Shown one piece after another: positions 18,688 to 28,300 of a DNA stretch of 64,000 nt. Each line of letters opens with the position of its first letter. The stretch's first letter is position 1. The DNA is from Acidobacteriota bacterium (GTDB lineage: Bacteria > Acidobacteriota > Polarisedimenticolia > J045). Below the pieces are notes generated by a model. That model ran no database searches. It worked only from the letters and a program-made list of their open reading frames with translations, and had not been told where the DNA came from. A program made the translations under genes and the position numbers. The DNA lies in NCBI GenBank assembly GCA_031395565.1, contig JANNUT010000137.1, forward strand, positions 11,252 through 75,251, written 5' to 3'.

Positions 18688-19539
18688 TCACAGGGGACGA
18701 TCGGAGAGGGGTGACCCGGACGCGACACGCGCCAGCGCCATCAGGTAACCCAATCGACCGCGGAGGAACATGTGTCGATAGATACTCGCGTTGCGCAACC
18801 AACGGGCGTAGCGCTCGGGTCCTTTGTGCGGTCGCAATCGGCGCTGGTGCTTGCGGGTTGCGCGCTCGACGCGATCGAAGCAGCGGACGGCCAGCCGAGT
18901 TGCGTCGATCCATTCCACAACTTCCAGCCCCGCCTCTTCGAATCGTCGTCGTCGCTCCGCAGCTGAGGGAAGGTTGATGATTCCATCTTCTTGCCGGGCG
19001 AACCGGCGTGCTCGCTCATCAATACGAGGGCCAGCAATGACATCCGCCGACAGGAAGACACCATTCTCAGCGAGGGCGCGATGTGCTGTGAGGAGGACTC
19101 GGCGCTCATCTGGCATCAGCATGAGTGCATCGATCAGGAGCACGAGGTCATAGCCGTTATCGGGAGACCAATGGAGGGCGTCGGCCTCGATGAACCGTAC
19201 TCGGTGGGTGCTGCCGGACCAGCGAGAAAGCGCGCGAAACTTGGCCCGTTCAACCTGACGGGGATTGATCTCGATACCGGTTGCACTACATCCGGTGCGC
19301 GCCACGAGGTACTGGCATGCATCGCCCATTCCGCAGCATAGTTCGAGAATCGCCGATTCGTGGTGCGGAGCCGTGGCGCGTATCCCGTGTTCGAGGATTC
19401 TCCGACCACCGATGTTAGCGAGCCACCAGCCACCGTGGACGGCGTTGTAGACAGTCCATTGCCAGAAAAGGTCAGCTGCTTCGTCGTATTCCTGGCGATT
19501 GAGTCGACCGATCTCTGTAGCGAGGTCATTCGGTGCCAT
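18688..19539 (-). CDS. Class I SAM-dependent methyltransferase
   Basis: I prefer the Met at 19537-19539 (GAGGAA 8 nt upstream) over the 19668 extension. Motif I ILELCCGMGD lies at 19321-19350. It is followed by ATGIEINPRQVERAK and VRFIEADAL, typical of Methyltransf_11/25-type enzymes. Confidence 0.75.
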   Translation of the reverse strand: MAPNDLATEIGRLNRQEYDEAADLFWQWTVYNAVHGGWWLANIGGRRILEHGIRATAPHHESAILELCCGMGDACQYLVARTGCSATGIEINPRQVERAKFRALSRWSGSTHRVRFIEADALHWSPDNGYDLVLLIDALMLMPDERRVLLTAHRALAENGVFLSADVIAGPRIDERARRFARQEDGIINLPSAAERRRRFEEAGLEVVEWIDATRLAVRCFDRVERATRKHQRRLRPHKGPERYARWLRNASIYRHMFLRGRLGYLMALARVASGSPLSDRPL

Positions 19540-19559
19540 CGGTATTCCTCGTGAGAGAG

Positions 19560-20351
19560 ATGATAAGCAAATTCGCGGTAGCAAAGGCACACGCGCAAGA
19601 GAGGAGTAGAAGCGCGGGTTGTAGCGACTTGACCATACAACTCGTGGGCGAGCATGGTGTGCGCACATACGTCGATATCGCCGAGACCCCCGACCTCTGT
19701 CGCGAGTTGGACATCGACTGGTCTGACGAGAACCTCTCTAAACTGGATCGTGAGCTGATCCCTTACGTTCAGAGTCTTGAGGAGCATGTCAGACAGGCGC
19801 GGCAAGTCGAATCCCACATGCCCGGCACAGGCTCGATTTGCGCACCTGTGACCGCAATCACGAGGCCGGAAGAACTCTTTAAGTCCGCTGCTGGCACAGT
19901 CAAGTCGGAGCCCTATCGGGCGCAGGAATATGACGACTACTGGGTGACCACGCACCTTTCGACGGTCCCGGTGGTGATTCTGTTGTTGAAGAAGTGGCCC
20001 GGACCTCTGCCGATGCTCGAAGAACTCTTCCGCCGTTGCAGTCTTGTGACCGGCAAGAAGGTGGGCGGCGACACCGGATGCTATCTCCAGTACAACCTGC
20101 CTGGATTTTCCTGGTCATTGCATACCGATGATGATTACGAAGGAGTGCGTTCTCGCATTCACGTTCCGCTGATCACCAGCGAACGGAACTCTTTTGCCTG
20201 GGCCCCAACCCTTGAATCATGGGACTGCTGGTTGTTGGAGGTGGTCCTCCAGCGCGGCAAGATTTATGAAACACGTACCGACATACCGCATACGACCTTC
20301 AACCGTGACGATCGGCTAGCGCGCCTGCACCTGATTCTAGATGTCGTCTAG
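19560..20351 (+). CDS. Aspartyl/asparaginyl beta-hydroxylase-like (cupin, Fe/2OG-type) protein
   Basis: LPGFSWSLHTDDDYEGVRSRIHVPLITSERNSFAW (20100-20210) fits the H.D...R.H.PL pattern of PF05118-type hydroxylases. The start is uncertain: 19533/19560 are ATGs, and the gene is divergent from the methyltransferase. Confidence 0.5.
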   Translation: MISKFAVAKAHAQERSRSAGCSDLTIQLVGEHGVRTYVDIAETPDLCRELDIDWSDENLSKLDRELIPYVQSLEEHVRQARQVESHMPGTGSICAPVTAITRPEELFKSAAGTVKSEPYRAQEYDDYWVTTHLSTVPVVILLLKKWPGPLPMLEELFRRCSLVTGKKVGGDTGCYLQYNLPGFSWSLHTDDDYEGVRSRIHVPLITSERNSFAWAPTLESWDCWLLEVVLQRGKIYETRTDIPHTTFNRDDRLARLHLILDVV

Positions 20352-23300
20352 TCGTTCTGGCGCGCACGGGCCAACTGGACGGCGTAGAGAGCGTCGATCT
20401 GTGGGGCAAGCAGCGAGGCGGCTAGGTTGCGGTCGACGCGCCGCTTTTCGCCGGATGCAGTGAGACCGACCAGTTCTGGTGCGAAGCGTGATTCGAGCAC
20501 CTCGAATCTCGCGATCTGCTCGGCTGCAGACAACGAGCGGTTCACATCGTCCACGGCAACACGAATCATCTGGAAGGGATCGCCGTGCAAACCCTCTTCG
20601 GCGACGATCAACGCCGCGACATAGGGTCTTTCATCACCGATGACGAGTGCTTGGGCGATGCCTTGTTTTGCCTCAAGCCGTGCTTCGAGCCATGTAGGGT
20701 CGAGGTAGGTGCCATCCGCGAGATGCAAACCCTCGCGCAGGCGACCTTCAACCACGAGCCCGTCTACTGACCAGTGCCCACGATCGCCGGTTCGTAGCCA
20801 GCCGTCACCGGTCCATCGCCCGCTGGATCCGAACTCGTCGAGCAGACGCGGTGCGACACCGGCGCCATGCACTTCAATCTCTCCACTGGGTGCTATCCGC
20901 GCCCTGACCGACGGAGCAAGATGGTGAGCGAGTGGATCATCGTCGCCACGGACGTGGCGGATGCCGATGAGCGGGCACTCCGTCATCCCATAACCGTCGG
21001 CGAGCATGACCCCGCTGGAGACGAGTAACTGTTCGAGCTGCGAAGAAAGCGGAGCCCCACCGTAAGCAATGAACCACAGCCGCCCGCCGAAATAAGCACT
21101 GATCGCTGCGGCGCGGCGCCGGTTGAGTTCTTGAGGTTGGAGCGCGATGGATTGAATCGGTGCCAACGCATACTCGATACAGCGGGCAATCAGACGTGGC
21201 GGTGCCACCATGCATGCGGGCGGGAACCGCTGGAATAGCCCGTCGTCGATAGCTGACTCGCTTCGTCGCGGGATGACGATCGTAAGCGAACCGTTGAAGA
21301 CTGCAGCGTAGAGCGCATTTCGACCGAGCGACTGGTTCAGGTCGGCAAGCAACGGGAAGAACCAGTTGCGTGCGGAAAAAAACGGCCAACGGAAACTAGT
21401 TACGTATGCCGCCAAGTTGCCGTGAGTAAGCTCGACCAGTCGAGGGGTTCCACCCGTTCCTGACGTGAGCATCCACGTCGCGGCGTCAGCCGGCGCCCGG
21501 GCTGAGATCGCCGCTTCCCACGCACTCGTCTCGCGGGCTGCGTGGCGTCCCAATTCTATGAGCTCGTCCCAGCGGCGAGATCGCGCGCACTCTAAAGCTG
21601 GATCGCCGAGGAGACTCACTGTCCAGGCTACTGGCCAATCGTTCTCAGAGGAGCCCGCAGCCTCGATCAGCGCCGCTAGGTCAGCACCCTGGCCTACGAG
21701 AACGTGCGCCCGCGCTTGTCTCAGCACCTCAATCGTTCGAACGATGGGGAGGGACGGTGTTATCGGAATGCCGATCAGCCCCAGCGAGAGACACGCGGCG
21801 TCGAGGATCACCCATTCGATCGAATTGTCTAGACGCCACGCTACACGATCACCAGCTACCAAGCCGAGAGATGTGAGGCCTTCAGCAATGTGCCGAATCG
21901 TGTCATAGAGTTGATTGCCAGTAATCAAAGTGAAGCTTCCACGATCGTCTTCGGCGAAGAAGAGCGGCCTGTTGCCAGCACGTTCACAACGCGCTTGCAG
22001 CACCTGGCCCCATGAGAACCCGATGACCTCCCCAGGCATTGCCGGCCGGAACAAACCATGATGGGGAGCGATAGCATCAAAGCCCGCTTGTGGTTTCCGA
22101 AGAACGAGACGCTCAGGCCGAGTGCGGTTCACAGCGACGCTGATCCGTTGTGTGATGCGCTGCAGCTCCTCGTCGCTGTAGCGGCCGATTGGAACAGCGG
22201 CGCGTAACAGCGAAACACCCAACGTGTGCTGTGTCGGAGTCGTAGGCGCAGGAGTCAGTCGAACCCCTGCCTGCACGAAGAGGTGGGCTGCCCAGGACTC
22301 GGCAGCCAGTGACGATAGGTGAGCCTCGTTGCTCAGGCTGTGCGCGTCCAGGTAAACCGCATGACCACCTGTTTCCAATACGCCAGGTACCCCTAGGTCG
22401 CAGAGCGAGGTGCGCAATCGCTCGACTTGCTCGGCTCGTCGCTCGATTGGACGAGTGTCGCCTAAGCGCGCACCCAGTGAACGACCGACGACTGGCCACC
22501 ATGCTGCGGGCAGCAGCGAGCCGTCCAGCGCTGCGGCTGCCGCCAACTCCACAAGTAACGCAGGGTCACGCGCGGCGAGCATGCCGCCAACACCGACATC
22601 GTATTCCTTGGACAAGCTCCCAATACAAACATCCGCGAGGCCTAGAGTGAGCGCGGCGATGTCAACGACTGATACCTCGCGCAACTGCGGGTCGCGACGC
22701 TGCAACAGCGCCGCGTTGGTGAGCAGGCGTGTGGTTGCCAAGACCAAGAGGACGCCACGAGCCTGCGTCACCTCCCGAATCGCACGGAGCGTGGCGAGAG
22801 AGACAGGCTGCCCAGCCAGGGCGTTACAAGCGAGCTCGATCCAAACATATCGTACCCGCCCAGTCGATCGGTCGATCAGCCTCGCGATTCTTTCAGCATC
22901 GATGAATCCACGATCGGCACTCTCACGATCGAATCGATAGGCGGCGACATCACAGCATTCCGACATGATCGTCTGCGCTTCCAGATGAGCGAGCAATGCG
23001 GTCGGAAAAGGTGCGTTGGTCGGCACGATGGTGCCGGGAGCGGCCGCAACGCGACACCACACGCGCTCCGCTGCTTTGCCGGAATGGCAAAGCACTGCAC
23101 TCAGGCCGGCGACAAAGGGTAGGGACCGCTCCACGCGATGTGGGGGATCGACCCTTGTCACCGGGGTCCATGAGCTGGGCAGGAACCCCTGCCCAGCAAA
23201 TCCGGGATCGGAGGTGGCGTCGGTTGTCAGGTCAATCACCCCTAACTCGTGGGCCAGATTTGTCGGAAGAGCTGAGACGTTGTGACCATACGAAGCGAGC

Positions 23301-23419
23301 CACCGCAAGCGCAGCTCGCGTAGCTCAACGTCATTCGATCCAGGATGCAATATCATCGTCATCGGATTCGTCATCGATCGTATCTCCACAGCAGAACCAG
23401 ACCACGACGATAAGGCCAC
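20348..23419 (-). CDS. Fusion protein: N-terminal tryptophanase/tyrosine-phenol-lyase-like PLP fold + C-terminal AMP-dependent synthetase/ligase (adenylating enzyme)
   Basis: 1023-aa ORF. N-terminal half: CIGSLSKEYDVGVGGMLAARD (Lys codon 22606-22608) resembles MSGKKDCLVNIGGFLCMND of beta-eliminating lyases. C-terminal half: MLTSGTGGTPRLVELTHGNL (21441-21470), DGYGMTE, GWLRTGDRG and TASGEKRR are adenylation motifs. Confidence 0.7.
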   Translation of the reverse strand: MALSSWSGSAVEIRSMTNPMTMILHPGSNDVELRELRLRWLASYGHNVSALPTNLAHELGVIDLTTDATSDPGFAGQGFLPSSWTPVTRVDPPHRVERSLPFVAGLSAVLCHSGKAAERVWCRVAAAPGTIVPTNAPFPTALLAHLEAQTIMSECCDVAAYRFDRESADRGFIDAERIARLIDRSTGRVRYVWIELACNALAGQPVSLATLRAIREVTQARGVLLVLATTRLLTNAALLQRRDPQLREVSVVDIAALTLGLADVCIGSLSKEYDVGVGGMLAARDPALLVELAAAAALDGSLLPAAWWPVVGRSLGARLGDTRPIERRAEQVERLRTSLCDLGVPGVLETGGHAVYLDAHSLSNEAHLSSLAAESWAAHLFVQAGVRLTPAPTTPTQHTLGVSLLRAAVPIGRYSDEELQRITQRISVAVNRTRPERLVLRKPQAGFDAIAPHHGLFRPAMPGEVIGFSWGQVLQARCERAGNRPLFFAEDDRGSFTLITGNQLYDTIRHIAEGLTSLGLVAGDRVAWRLDNSIEWVILDAACLSLGLIGIPITPSLPIVRTIEVLRQARAHVLVGQGADLAALIEAAGSSENDWPVAWTVSLLGDPALECARSRRWDELIELGRHAARETSAWEAAISARAPADAATWMLTSGTGGTPRLVELTHGNLAAYVTSFRWPFFSARNWFFPLLADLNQSLGRNALYAAVFNGSLTIVIPRRSESAIDDGLFQRFPPACMVAPPRLIARCIEYALAPIQSIALQPQELNRRRAAAISAYFGGRLWFIAYGGAPLSSQLEQLLVSSGVMLADGYGMTECPLIGIRHVRGDDDPLAHHLAPSVRARIAPSGEIEVHGAGVAPRLLDEFGSSGRWTGDGWLRTGDRGHWSVDGLVVEGRLREGLHLADGTYLDPTWLEARLEAKQGIAQALVIGDERPYVAALIVAEEGLHGDPFQMIRVAVDDVNRSLSAAEQIARFEVLESRFAPELVGLTASGEKRRVDRNLAASLLAPQIDALYAVQLARARQND

Positions 23420-23509
23420 AGACTGCGTCGATGGAACGGAGCTTCCTTCTCCCCTCTTGCGATCTGCGATGTGTTGACACCAAACGCGCCGCAGCGCTAT
23501 AACGGGCTC

Positions 23510-24040
23510 ATGAATCGCGACGATGCATTGCTCATCCTCGGTGGTGGCGTGATTCGTCTCATCCGGGTACGTCTTCCAGTGTCGATCGACAAGTTGCTGC
23601 TCACCCTCGCTCTATCGTTGGTTCTGCCGTTCCACCAGGCCTCACCGCCGTTGGCTGTCATCGCCGATCCACCCGTTCGCGTCACGCTCGCCGAAGCAGT
23701 GAATCTCGATTTCGGTGGGTCCAAATCGCGTACGCGTGGCGCGACCGACATCGTTCTTGAGAGGTTCGTCTTCACCAAGGGGGGAAACTCGGGCTGGCAT
23801 CGACATCCGGCCCCTGTGCTGTTGCTCGTCTCGAAGGGACGCGTCGAACTGATCGACGGGGCCTGTAAGACCCGAGTCGTCAGTGCCGGCCAGGCGGCTC
23901 TCGAGCGCGGCCCTGGCGAGCTGACCCTCGTTAGAAATGCTGGAGAACTGGCCGCCGTGATCCACGTGATCCACTTCGTTTCGGAAGGCACCAACCCGAT
24001 CTGGCTTGATGAGGCTGCTCCAGCATGTCAGTTGCACTGA
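23510..24040 (+). CDS. Secreted cupin-domain protein
   Basis: GGNSGWHRHPAPVLLLVSKGRVELIDG (23780-23860) is a cupin_2 motif. N-terminal hydrophobic segment LLLTLALSLVLPF. Start ambiguous (23471 or 23510). Confidence 0.6.
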   Translation: MNRDDALLILGGGVIRLIRVRLPVSIDKLLLTLALSLVLPFHQASPPLAVIADPPVRVTLAEAVNLDFGGSKSRTRGATDIVLERFVFTKGGNSGWHRHPAPVLLLVSKGRVELIDGACKTRVVSAGQAALERGPGELTLVRNAGELAAVIHVIHFVSEGTNPIWLDEAAPACQLH

Positions 24041-25335
24041 GAACGATCATCTGTTGTCGCTTCTTGGTACAGATACAATGGTTCCACTTTCTCCGCGATC
24101 GCGGCGCTCTGGCGTTGACCTTCATCGTGCCGCCCGCGGTATTTCTAGTTTCCGCCGCGGTGTTCCCAACCGGGCGCGAGCCGCTGACTGAGTGGCAGGT
24201 TGCCGTTTACGACGGCGCGCGCTCGACCTCCTCGACGCGGTTTATTGCCGCGCTCTCCGCCGAGCGCGGGGTTTCATTCGTAGATCTTGACAAGTCCGAC
24301 TCCAAGATGTCGGGGGCTGATGCCGTGAGGATGGTCGTCGACGCTGGCGCGGCCGACATCGGACTCATCATTTCGCCAGAGGCCCAGGATTTTTCCGGTT
24401 TGTTTTTCGGGAGGGTACCCGGCGTTGAGGCGCCACTGACGATCGTGACTGGCCCAGCTCGTGGAGCATTGAGAGCGCCGTTCGAAGGTCTGCTCCAGCG
24501 GGTGTTCTTCTCGGCGCTGCAAGATGTTGCCTTGCGCAACGCGATTGCGAATTTCGAACTCCACGTCGCGACTCTGACGCCAGAGCAGCGGGAACGGTTC
24601 GACTTGGTTGTGTCTTCGCTCGCTACCTCAATTGGCGTGGAGCGACCTGGCCTTGGATTCGACCTGCGCGGCTCAATCGACGTCGAAGAACGAACCGGAC
24701 AACAACACGACGCGGATCTTCCATCCTATTTCACAGCTTCGGTAATCGCGCTATTCCTGATGTTCAGACTGCTGCAGAGTGGCGCGCAGATCCACGCCGC
24801 ACGTGACGAAAATCTCCTGTTGCGTCTACTCGCGATGGGTGTTCCGTCGGGTGCGGTCGTCGTTGCTCACATCTTATGGTTCACGCTCCAGGGTACGCTC
24901 CAGGCTGGCACGGTCTTGCTTGCCGCCCGCGCAGTGCATGACGTCCCCGCGTTTCGCGGGCTCGATAGGATGATTCCGATCGTGCTGCTTTCATCCGCCG
25001 CATGCGCTGCATTCGGCCTCGCTGTCGCAGCGACATGTCGCACACGCGCCCAGGCTGAACTGAGCACGCTGCTCTGCGCGCTGGCAATGTCGGCAGTTGG
25101 CGGCAGCATGGTGCCGCGACTGTTCATGCCAGAATGGCTTCTACAACTCGGATGGCTCACTCCGAACACGTGGATCATCGACGGGGTCACGAAGATTCTC
25201 TGGCACGATGTGGGCTGGGGCGCACTCCTGACGGACTTTCTTCCACTCGTTCTCGTTACCACCGCTGGGACGGTCTGGTCTGTGCGGTGCTTGCAAGGAT
25301 GGGGAGCGGATCCCGGGGCGAGAGGATCGATCTGA
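24025..25335 (+). CDS. ABC-2 type transporter permease (no cognate ATPase in the window)
   Basis: 436-aa ORF. N-terminal FLRDRGALALTFIVPPAVFLV, a large extracytoplasmic loop, then 5 C-terminal hydrophobic helices. This is the typical ABC2_membrane architecture. It overlaps the cupin gene by 16 nt. Confidence 0.65.
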   Translation: MSVALRTIICCRFLVQIQWFHFLRDRGALALTFIVPPAVFLVSAAVFPTGREPLTEWQVAVYDGARSTSSTRFIAALSAERGVSFVDLDKSDSKMSGADAVRMVVDAGAADIGLIISPEAQDFSGLFFGRVPGVEAPLTIVTGPARGALRAPFEGLLQRVFFSALQDVALRNAIANFELHVATLTPEQRERFDLVVSSLATSIGVERPGLGFDLRGSIDVEERTGQQHDADLPSYFTASVIALFLMFRLLQSGAQIHAARDENLLLRLLAMGVPSGAVVVAHILWFTLQGTLQAGTVLLAARAVHDVPAFRGLDRMIPIVLLSSAACAAFGLAVAATCRTRAQAELSTLLCALAMSAVGGSMVPRLFMPEWLLQLGWLTPNTWIIDGVTKILWHDVGWGALLTDFLPLVLVTTAGTVWSVRCLQGWGADPGARGSI

Positions 25336-25337
25336 CG

Positions 25338-28300
25338 TCAAACTCGACGTGGCGCTGGCGTGTGGGTCGGTGCTGTCAGATGCTCCCCCAACGCCTCAGC
25401 GAGTGTCTCCACTGTCGCCCCCCGAAGGAGCCCGACGAGCGGGATGCGCACACCGAAGCGGCGTTGCAGTTCAAGCTGTAGCTCGACCGTCGTTAGTGAG
25501 TCGAAACCGAGTTGGTCAAGCGGCAGATTGTCAGCTATTGACTCGAGGTCACTGTCGGTCAGCTGGGCGATTGCCTCGCGCGTGTGTTGTTGCACGAACT
25601 GGCGGCGCTCGGAGATCGGCATACTGCGCAGCGCTGCGATAGTGGCGCGTATCGTGAAGCGACGTTCGAGGGCAATCGCCGCGGCTGGCAAGCGGCTACA
25701 GCGCGGTGAAGACGCCGATGCCGGATGAGCTCCTGCAAACGCTGTCCAATCGATGCGTGTTAGCGCGATCACGGTCTCTCCCCCGAGGATCGCCTGGTCG
25801 AGCGCCTGAAGAAGTCGCCGTACTGGCCGCGGGAGCAAGCCCAGTGAATCATTGTACTCGGCGAGTTCCGGATGTCGAAGGAGCACACCTACATCCGATA
25901 CTGCGCCCCACTGGATGCTGAGACCCGGCAAGCCTCGGCCACGTCGGTAGCCAGCGAGCCCATCCAGAAACCCATTGGCGGCCACGTAGGGGGCCGCACC
26001 GGTTATCCCGAACATCGCCGCCATCGAGGAGTAGAGTAGAAACAGTTCGATCGGATCGTGTCGGGTCGCGCGATGCAGGTTCCATGCGCCCTGCAGTTTC
26101 GCGGCCATCAGCGATGTCAACAAATCGGACTCAACCTGCTGCATCAAGCCGCGTTCGCCAGCGACGAACGGATCGTTGGCCGCATGCACGACCCCTCGAA
26201 TGGGCGGACGGTGCGTTCGCAACCAATCGAGCGACCCTTGTAGATCGGACAATGTACGCACATCGCAAGTCAGCACATCGACGGTCGTCCCATGCTGGCG
26301 CAACGACGCCACAGCGCGCTGGCGCGCCAGATCGTCCGCCCCATGACGTCCAAGGAGCGCGATGTGACGTGCACCGCGAGCGATCAGCCACTCCGCCGTC
26401 GCTAGGCCGAAACCACCCAGCCCACCAGTGATAACGAACGTTGCATCACCGCGCACGCTCGGGCGATTGCGCGTGAGGCAGGGTTCGGGCGGAAGATCAA
26501 ACCGCAGCACTCGCGCGTCTTCCAGTTCTTCGTCTATTGTCGAACTCGTCGCCAACGCTCCTGCTGCCGAGACGAACTCGACCAAAGTTGCTGCGGGCCA
26601 ATCGGCGAGCGCCGTCGGCCCGAAGCGCAGGCGGCGGTGATGTCGCCCTGCATCCTGACGACGACGGGTAAGCTGTGGCGCGTCGTCGCGCGCATCCACC
26701 CACCAGCCGTCGGCGGGAAGATACTGCTCCCACTCGACCCCATCCTCTGAACCGCAGAGCACCAGGACTTCGGGCGGACTCTGTCGGGCGAAAACTCCGG
26801 CAATCTCTGGGTCGCAGACGGTGTGGCCGCAGTTGAGCGTCTTCGGTCCGAAGACCAACACCCGAGCTCCCAGCCGCGCGGCCGCACGCAGAATCGTCTG
26901 CGCGAATGACGATTCAGGCTGGACCATCCAGATCGACATTCCTTCGCGCAGCGGGATTAGTCGTTGCCACAACGCACTCGCGCGAAGCCACGGGAGCGCG
27001 CTCGCGGCTTCCACCAAGCCAAGGTGTGGCGGAAGTGCTGCGATCAGATGCGCTCGAGCTGCAACCTGAGCCTGCGCGCTGAATGGGCCCCTCACCAATA
27101 CCGGGAAATGAGGCGGCTCGATCTCTCGCCCCACCCCAAGAAAGGCGAGGACGGGATTCCCGGGACGACTCGGGCGATCGCGTGTCACGGGCTGGGTCAG
27201 GGCCGCTTCAAGTCTGATCAGTCGCTCGTCGCCAGCGGCAGACGGTCGAGGGATGAACTCCGCACGCAACGCTTCTCCGTCGCTGCCAACGATCCAGCCC
27301 CAGTTCGAGTCGGAGTCGGCCACTGCCGGTCGCCAGCTGGGAGCGATCTGTTCGAGGTCGACATGGTCGACTCGATGCACAAACCAGCCGGCAGACCGCA
27401 GTGCCAACTCCTCTTCCTCGGTGTCGCTCCCCAGGACGCTCGCCACGGCGATTGCCGATTCGTGATTGGATCCCGCCGGCAGGTCTATGAGTGTCGTATG
27501 CAACTCGCCCAACTCATGGTACGCGACACGACCTAGCCCCCAGAGGGCGGCGCCCATTGGATCGAGTACGTCATCATCGTCATCGACACTGACACTGGCC
27601 CGCGTAAGGATGTGCACACGTGGCGTACCAAATCCGGACGATTCACGCGCGATGGCTCGATACAGCGCATTGACCTGAGCCACAGCGCGCGATGCGCGAT
27701 CACCTAGCGCGTCCACCTCGAACATCATTTCGGTGTCATGAGAGACGGTGTTGACGACAACCCCGGCCAGCCGCTTCCCAACTACATCGCATTGTGTCAA
27801 TTGCGCGACCCATCCGTCTTCATCGTCCTGCCATGGTTCGGCGACTGAGCACCGAACAGTTGGTCTTCCAGTCGCGAGGAGTGCAGAGGCAAGTGACGTA
27901 GACCAGCTGTCCCCTTGGTCGAGGATCAGCCAGGTCCGATCGTCGCTCGCGACTCGGCGAGGAGACGGGGTCCATGCCTCCCAATCGAAGGTAAGCGCTT
28001 CGACGGTAGTGCTGTCATCGCTGTGATCGAGCGGCATCGCTCGTGCGCGGACGCCATGCGCGGCGAGAACCGGCCGCCCCTTGTCGTCGTGGACGACCAG
28101 TGCGCCACGAAACTCGTCGTCATCATGGGGCTCGATCCAGGCATGACATTCCAGAACAGCCGAAGGGGAACGAAGCCAGTAGAGTCGTTCGATCGCTATC
28201 GGCAGGAATGTCCGCCGATCTGGGACGATCGGATCCACGGGAATTAACGCCAACATGGCATGTAAACATGCGTCCAGCAGCGCGGGGTGAAAACAATGCT

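Noticed and set aside
19134-19955. 273-aa minus-strand ORF spanning the methyltransferase/hydroxylase divergent region
   Set aside because: It would overlap both better-supported genes (SAM motif I in another frame; the hydroxylase on the opposite strand) and run through their shared promoter region.
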